From Janthinobacterium lividum (GTDB lineage Bacteria; Bacteroidota; Bacteroidia; Cytophagales; Hymenobacteraceae): a DNA stretch of 64,000 nt. Below are positions 58,894 to 64,000 of this stretch, in pieces (the first letter of the stretch is position 1; each line of letters opens with the position of its first letter). A program made the position numbers and the translations under genes. The stretch spans positions 546 to 64,545 of the forward strand of contig JBPBPH010000089.1 in the NCBI GenBank assembly GCA_050954355.1. The letters run 5' to 3'. The notes below the pieces were generated by a model. That model searched no databases and was not told the origin of the DNA. It saw only the letters and a program-made list of their open reading frames with translations.

Positions 58894-59305
58894 CGTCTGG
58901 GGAAGTAGAGGTGGAAGCGTTGGCGTTTTTGATTTCGATGTCATTGAGCAGGCGCCGAATCTGGGCCAGCTCGTCGGGCGAGGTGCGGCGGTGCCCTAGG
59001 GCCTGCAGCACCAGCTTCAGGGCCGAGCCGCCGAAGGTGGCTTCCACGAAGCGGTCGAGCAGCAGCCCTTGGGTATCGTGCTCGCGCACGGCGGCGCGGT
59101 ACACATGGCTGCGGCCCTCATCGTCGCGCTGCACCAGGCCCTTTTCCAGCATCAACTGCATGATTTTGAGGGTAGTGGTGTAGCCAACTTCGCGGCGCGC
59201 GCTGAGCTGCTCGTTCACGAGGCGCACGGTGGCGGGCCCGTGCTGCCAAAGCACCTGCAGGATTTCCAGCTCGGCGTCGGTGGGCTTGGGAGGCGGTTTG
59301 GGCAT
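58871..59305 (-). CDS. BlaI/MecI/CopY-family repressor
   Basis: PTDAELEILQVLW, GYTTTLKIMQLM.EKGLV and FGGS motifs; overlaps the M56 start. Confidence 0.93.
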   Translation of the reverse strand: MPKPPPKPTDAELEILQVLWQHGPATVRLVNEQLSARREVGYTTTLKIMQLMLEKGLVQRDDEGRSHVYRAAVREHDTQGLLLDRFVEATFGGSALKLVLQALGHRRTSPDELAQIRRLLNDIEIKNANASTSTSPDDDNAPAA

Positions 59306-59328
59306 AGGTACTGCGCAAAAAAGTTTCT

Positions 59329-59402
59329 TACGAACCATTTCGTATGACAAGATTATACGACAAATTTCGTAGATAAAAACCAAATCTACGAAATTCGTCG
59401 TA
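59329..59402. promoter_or_regulatory. Three palindromic TACGA-N6-TCGTA boxes (putative BlaI operators)
   Basis: Exact matches at 59329-59344, 59356-59371 and 59387-59402. Confidence 0.8.
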
Positions 59403-59456
59403 TGATATGCTAATAGATTGACTGTGAGGAACAAATTTTTTAACTGGCAGAAAATT

Positions 59457-59560
59457 AAACAGGCGGTCATGCTGAGCCTGTCGAAGCATCTCTACCGAAC
59501 ATTAGACCTAGGGTACGTTCGGTAGAGATGCTTTGACAGGCTCAGCATGACCGCCTGTTT
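59457..59560. repeat. REP-like long inverted repeat
   Basis: AAACAGGCGGTCATGCTGAGCCTGTCGAAGCATCTCTACCGAAC plus a near-exact reverse complement. Confidence 0.9.
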
Positions 59561-59591
59561 GCAGCGTATATGGGCCCCTAGGGGCCCTCGC

Positions 59592-61040
59592 CTACTCGTC
59601 CTGGTCTTGGGCGGCTAGCTCAGCGCCTTCGCCCAGCAGCCGCGGCTGGAAGTTGAGCAGAAACAGCCGCTCCGACGCCCGCGTGATGGCCGTGTACAGC
59701 CAGCGGGCAAATTCGCCCCCTAGGGGCTCTTCGGGCTTGAGGTAGCCGTGGTCGACGAAGACGGCCTGCCACTGGCCGCCCTGCGCCTTGTGGCAAGTGA
59801 GGGCGTAGGCAAACTTCACTTGCAAGGCATTTAGGTAGGGGTCGCGGCGCATTTCGGCGTTGCGCTCGCCTTTCTTCGCGATGTGGGCGTAGTCCTCGCC
59901 CACGGCCTGGTAGAGCTTCTCGTTCTGGTCGCGCGGCAGGGCGGGGCTTTCGGTGTGCAGCGTGTCGAGCAGCAGCTTCACTTCCATTTCGGGCTCGTCG
60001 GGGTAGTCCACGAGCCGCACCAGGGCCTGCGCAAAGCGGAAGCCGAACTGTTCTTCGCGCCGGATAATCTTGCGAATTTGCAAAAAGTCGCCGTTGGCCA
60101 GAAAGCCCATTTCCGAGTTTTTGGGTACCCAGAAGTAGTTGTTGCGCACCACCATCAGGTAGTCGCCGCCCTGAATCTCGTCCTCGGCCTCGAACAGCAC
60201 CTGCCGAATGAGCTGGTTGTACTGGTTGGCGTTGCGGTTCGAGCGGCAGATGATGGTGGTGTTTTCGTGCCCGTAGTGGCGGTAGGCCCAGCGCAGGCCG
60301 TCCTCCAGCTTGTCGCCGCCCATCTTAAAAATATCCGGGAAGCCCTTGGTATGCAAGTGAATAGTGGGCTCCGCCTGGCGCAGCTCCTCGCGCAGCTCGG
60401 TGGCGTTCACCAAGATGCCCGAAGCCTCGGCCTGGCGCATTACCTGGCGCAGCTCCACGCCCTCCACGCGGGCCCGGAAGCGCTGGGCCAGCAGTTCGGG
60501 GTCGAGGGCGGGGCTCAGCAGCTGGCCCACCGGCGGCAGCTGGGCCGTATCGCCGATGAGCAGCAGGCGGTTGGTGCTTTTCTCGAACACGTAGCCCATT
60601 AAGTCATCGAGCAGCCCGGTTTCGCCAAACGATTTCTCGTCCGAAATCATCGAGGCCTCGTCCACGATGTAAAGCATCTCCTCCACTCGATTCGGCTGGC
60701 GCTGGAAGCTCAGGCGCTCGGAGGGCGCGCCGCTGGTTTGGCGGTATATTTTTTTGTGAATGGTGCTGGCCGGCACCCCGGCGTAGGCGCTCATCACCTT
60801 CGCCGCCCGCCCCGTAGGCGCCATCAGGGTATACTTGCGCTGCATACGGGCCAGCCATTGCACCAGGGCGCTGATGACGGTAGTCTTGCCGGTGCCCGCG
60901 TAGCCGCGCAGCACAAACACCTTGCGCCCCGGCAGCGGGTCGCGCAAGAAGGCGTCGAGCTGGGTAAATAGCTCCGCCTGGTCGCCGGTCGGCTCAAACG
61001 GAAAGTAGTCCCGCACGGACGGGAAGCGGGTTTTTAGCAT
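59592..61040 (-). CDS. RecD-like SF1 ATP-dependent DNA helicase
   Basis: GYAGTGKT, APTGRAA, VDEASM, GDTAQLPPV, ALTCHKAQG and YTAITRA motifs. Confidence 0.92.
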   Translation of the reverse strand: MLKTRFPSVRDYFPFEPTGDQAELFTQLDAFLRDPLPGRKVFVLRGYAGTGKTTVISALVQWLARMQRKYTLMAPTGRAAKVMSAYAGVPASTIHKKIYRQTSGAPSERLSFQRQPNRVEEMLYIVDEASMISDEKSFGETGLLDDLMGYVFEKSTNRLLLIGDTAQLPPVGQLLSPALDPELLAQRFRARVEGVELRQVMRQAEASGILVNATELREELRQAEPTIHLHTKGFPDIFKMGGDKLEDGLRWAYRHYGHENTTIICRSNRNANQYNQLIRQVLFEAEDEIQGGDYLMVVRNNYFWVPKNSEMGFLANGDFLQIRKIIRREEQFGFRFAQALVRLVDYPDEPEMEVKLLLDTLHTESPALPRDQNEKLYQAVGEDYAHIAKKGERNAEMRRDPYLNALQVKFAYALTCHKAQGGQWQAVFVDHGYLKPEEPLGGEFARWLYTAITRASERLFLLNFQPRLLGEGAELAAQDQDE

Positions 61041-61417
61041 CAAATTATTCGAAATAAATCGCCGTCAACAAATCCCGTGTAGACAGGAGTATTGCTTAAA
61101 TAAGACTGCTGCACCTGTTTGGTTCTCAGCACGCGCCCTAGGCAGTAGATAACTTCTAACAATTGCCAGTACCACTCCGATTCTTCTTCGCTAGAAATTA
61201 GCAATTCTTTTTCGGCAATAAAAACCGGGAGTTCTGCGGCCCACTCATCATCTGCTTCGTCGTAAACCAGGGACCCTGCGAGGTAAAAAACATATCCCTC
61301 TTCGCTCTCCGTAAGCCCAAAGCGAAACGCTGCCATTGGTTGCGAAGGCTTATCGGTCGTTATTACTTCTTGCAACCAGCTTGTTAACTCGGCGACGAAT
61401 GTATTGTGGTCTTGCAC
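61040..61417 (-). CDS. Acidic hypothetical protein, lower GC
   Basis: 125-aa ORF whose stop overlaps the helicase ATG (TGATG). Confidence 0.65.
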   Translation of the reverse strand: MQDHNTFVAELTSWLQEVITTDKPSQPMAAFRFGLTESEEGYVFYLAGSLVYDEADDEWAAELPVFIAEKELLISSEEESEWYWQLLEVIYCLGRVLRTKQVQQSYLSNTPVYTGFVDGDLFRII

Positions 61418-61449
61418 TTTCTTGTTTCTAAACTCAAACCATCCTACGC

Positions 61450-61887
61450 TTACTGCGGCGCCGGCGCTTCCACCACGGCCATGGTGGCGGTGGCTTTGGC
61501 AATGAGTTTATCGTCGCACCACACCTCGGCCTCGCAGAAGTGCAGGCGGCGGCCGGCCTTGAGCACCCAGCCCACGGCCCGCAGCTGCGAGCCGATGCCG
61601 GGGTTTAAGTAGCTCACCTTCAGCTCGACCGTCACTACCGGCGTCTGCACCAGGGCCACGCTGGCAAAGCCGGCCGCCAAATCGGCCATCGTGGCCACAA
61701 GGCCGCCGTGGGCGTAGCCTAGTTGCTGCTGGTGCTGGGGCCCTAGGGGCAGGGTGGCCTCTACCCGGCCCGGCTCGATGCGGGTGAAGTCGGCCCCAAT
61801 GAGGTGCATAAAGCCTTGCTTCGTAAGCCGTTCGCGAATGCGAGCTTCGAGCTGGGCAGGGGTTTCGGCGGGCAGGTTGGTTGGCAT
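61450..61887 (-). CDS. PaaI-family thioesterase
   Basis: QQLGYAHGGLVATMAD and TVELKVSYL motifs. Confidence 0.92.
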   Translation of the reverse strand: MPTNLPAETPAQLEARIRERLTKQGFMHLIGADFTRIEPGRVEATLPLGPQHQQQLGYAHGGLVATMADLAAGFASVALVQTPVVTVELKVSYLNPGIGSQLRAVGWVLKAGRRLHFCEAEVWCDDKLIAKATATMAVVEAPAPQ

Positions 61888-61970
61888 AGAGCCCAAAGAT
61901 ATTGGCTGTACCTTACGGCCAGCTTTTCTCACTCCCCTAGGTTATAGACCATCTTTCTACCTACCAGCTC

Positions 61971-62567
61971 GTGGTGGCCGGGGCGCTGGGCATAGGCCTG
62001 GCGGCCAGCAGTGGTTTTCGGGTGTTTGTGCCGCTGCTGGCCGCCGGCGTGACGCACCGGGTGGGCGTGCTGCCCACGGCGCCGGGCTTTGCCTGGCTGG
62101 GCAGCACGCCGGCCCTGCTGGCGCTGGCCGCCGCTACCCTGCTCGAGCTGCTAGGCTACTACCTGCCGCTGCTCGACCACCTGCTTGACACCCTGGCTAC
62201 CCCGGCGGCCCTGGTGGCCGGGGCGCTGCTCATGGCGTCGTCGCTGCCGCAGCTCGACCCTACCACGCGCTGGGTGCTGGGCGTAGTGGTGGGCGGCGGA
62301 GCGGCTGGCTTGGTGCAGGGCAGCACGGTGCTGCTGCGGGCGGGCGCTACGGCCACCACCGGCGGCTTAGCCAATCCCCTCTTCGCCACCCTCGAAAACG
62401 GGCTGGCGGTGGGCGGCACCGCGCTGGCGTTGCTGCTGCCGCTGGTGGCGGCGGGCCTGGCCCTAGGGCTGCTGCTGTTCATTGCCAGCCGCTGGCGGCG
62501 CTGGCAGCGGCGCGCAGCCACCCGGCTGGCGGCCGCGCGGGCACCCATCCCGCCGAGCTTTACGTAA
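61971..62567 (+). CDS. DUF4126-like membrane protein
   Basis: GLAASSGFRVFVPLL, LDHLLD and TGGLANP motifs. Start is uncertain. Confidence 0.82.
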   Translation: MVAGALGIGLAASSGFRVFVPLLAAGVTHRVGVLPTAPGFAWLGSTPALLALAAATLLELLGYYLPLLDHLLDTLATPAALVAGALLMASSLPQLDPTTRWVLGVVVGGGAAGLVQGSTVLLRAGATATTGGLANPLFATLENGLAVGGTALALLLPLVAAGLALGLLLFIASRWRRWQRRAATRLAAARAPIPPSFT

Positions 62568-62598
62568 GGAAGGGTCCGTTTCCTTTCCTTTCGCGCCC

Positions 62599-63105
62599 AT
62601 GCCTGCCAACCCCGACTCTGCTGACTCTTTATTGGCGCCCTACCAGGGGCAGGTGCGGGTGCGGGTAGGTGGGCTGCTGGTGCGCCAGGGGGCCATTTTG
62701 CTGGCCGCCCACCGCGGGCTGCTGCCCGGCCAGGCCACGTTCTGGTCACCGCCCGGCGGGGGCTGGGTATTTGGCGAGAGCCTGAAGGACGCGCTGCGCC
62801 GCGAGTTTGCGGAAGAAACCGGCCTGGCCGTGCGCGTGGGGCGGCAGCTGCACCTGCACGAGTTTCGGGAGCGCGGCCTGCAGGCGCTGGAAATCTTCTT
62901 TGAAGTAACCACCACCGACCCTGCGGCCACCCCGCACCTGGGCCACGACCCCGAGCACGGCGCCCACGCGCAGCTGCTGGCCGAGCTGGCCTGGCTCACG
63001 CCTCGGCAGTTGCTGGCCCTGCCGCTGCTCCAGGTGCACCCCGTGCTGCGCGGCCTGCTCAGCCCCGACGACATCTTCGTGCCCCAGGTGCTGCTGGGGG
63101 CCTAG
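62599..63105 (+). CDS. NUDIX hydrolase
   Basis: Nudix box GGG...GESLKDALRREFAEETGL. Confidence 0.92.
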   Translation: MPANPDSADSLLAPYQGQVRVRVGGLLVRQGAILLAAHRGLLPGQATFWSPPGGGWVFGESLKDALRREFAEETGLAVRVGRQLHLHEFRERGLQALEIFFEVTTTDPAATPHLGHDPEHGAHAQLLAELAWLTPRQLLALPLLQVHPVLRGLLSPDDIFVPQVLLGA

Positions 63106-63141
63106 GGGCGCGGGGCCGGGCCTAGGCCCTACTTTTACCGC

Positions 63142-64000
63142 GTGGCTGCCCCTACTCTTCCCCTTCTTGCTACCCCCGCCGTCGAAACCGTGCGCCTGCG
63201 CGACGAGGCCTTCGACCTCGCCAACCCCACGGCCTACCACCTCTACGCCCTGGCCGCGCCGGGCCGCCTGCAAGTGGCTGTCCTCGACGCGGCCCGCCAA
63301 AAAATAGTGGCCCTCGACGACCAGCCCCTTACCCAGCCGGCCGACCTGCCGGCGCTGGCCGCCACCCACGAGCTGCTGGGCCGGCCGGGCTGGGGCCGCG
63401 TGCGGCTAGGCCTGGGCACCCGGGCCTTCACGCTGCTGCCCGCGCCCCTGTTTCGGGCCGGCGACGAGGCGGCCTACCTGGCGCCCCACCACACCCTGGG
63501 CGCCGCCGAGGTGGCCCTGGCCTGCCCCCTGCCCCAGGCCGCGCCCGCTACCGACGTAGTAGCCCTGTTTGCGGCCGATGCGGGCCTAGCGCACTGGCTG
63601 CACCACACCTTTGGGCCCGCCGCCCGCCTGCTGCCCCAGCCGGCGGCGCTGCTGGCTGGCTGGCTGCAGCAGCGCGGACCGGCCGCGCCCGTGCGCCAGC
63701 TCTACCTCAGCCTGGCCGACCAGGAGCTAACGGCCGTGGTGCTGGGCGCCCAACTGGAGTTCTGCAACGTGTTCGCTGTCAATACCCCCGAGGACGTGGT
63801 ATACTTCACCATCTTGGTGATGCAGCAACTGGGGCTGAGCCCCGACCAAGATGCCGTAACCGTTTGGGGCGAGCTGACCGGCGCCTCGGCCGTGTTTAAC
63901 CTGCTGAGCACCTACGTGCGCCACCTGCGCCTAGGGGCCCGGCCCTTCGGCCTGCATTATACCTACCGCCTCAACGACGTGCCCGAGCATCGCCACTTCG
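63142..64000 (+). CDS. DUF3822-like protein (runs off the window end)
   Basis: Hand translation: LRDEAFD...AFTLLPAPLF...LEFCNVFAVNTPEDVVYFTILVMQQL. Confidence 0.75.
   Translation, partial: MAAPTLPLLATPAVETVRLRDEAFDLANPTAYHLYALAAPGRLQVAVLDAARQKIVALDDQPLTQPADLPALAATHELLGRPGWGRVRLGLGTRAFTLLPAPLFRAGDEAAYLAPHHTLGAAEVALACPLPQAAPATDVVALFAADAGLAHWLHHTFGPAARLLPQPAALLAGWLQQRGPAAPVRQLYLSLADQELTAVVLGAQLEFCNVFAVNTPEDVVYFTILVMQQLGLSPDQDAVTVWGELTGASAVFNLLSTYVRHLRLGARPFGLHYTYRLNDVPEHRHF

Overview
GC-rich (about 65%) Bacteroidota chromosomal DNA, most likely Hymenobacter or another Hymenobacteraceae member (TAnnTTTG promoters, long-tailed S16, GTCATGCTGAGC-type intergenic palindromes). Most of it is housekeeping and envelope genes: topA, Mn-catalase, UvrA-like ATPase, M1/M16 peptidases, panB, rpsP-rimM-trmD-rplS, dxr-rseP, meaB and a RecD-like helicase. 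The standout signal is window-wide. The palindrome CCTAGG occurs about 105 times and CCCTAGGG about 50 times by eye (roughly 22 and 2-3 expected from base composition), inside genes, at stop codons and between genes. It resembles the cyanobacterial HIP1 repeat, but is built on the normally avoided CTAG core. Other notable items: (i) an exported three-gene unit of Tat flavin amine oxidase, Tat PLP aminotransferase and a secreted protein with a C-terminal Hint domain that cannot splice; (ii) a tandem SRA-HNH nuclease plus stand-alone SRA gene; (iii) a BlaI/BlaR1 pair with three TACGA-N6-TCGTA boxes, upstream of an ECF sigma / HEAT anti-sigma / 3x DUF4097-like cluster; (iv) creD interrupted by one in-frame TGA at a conserved Trp; (v) about 9 REP-like hairpin repeats. 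All family assignments come from motif recognition, not database searches.
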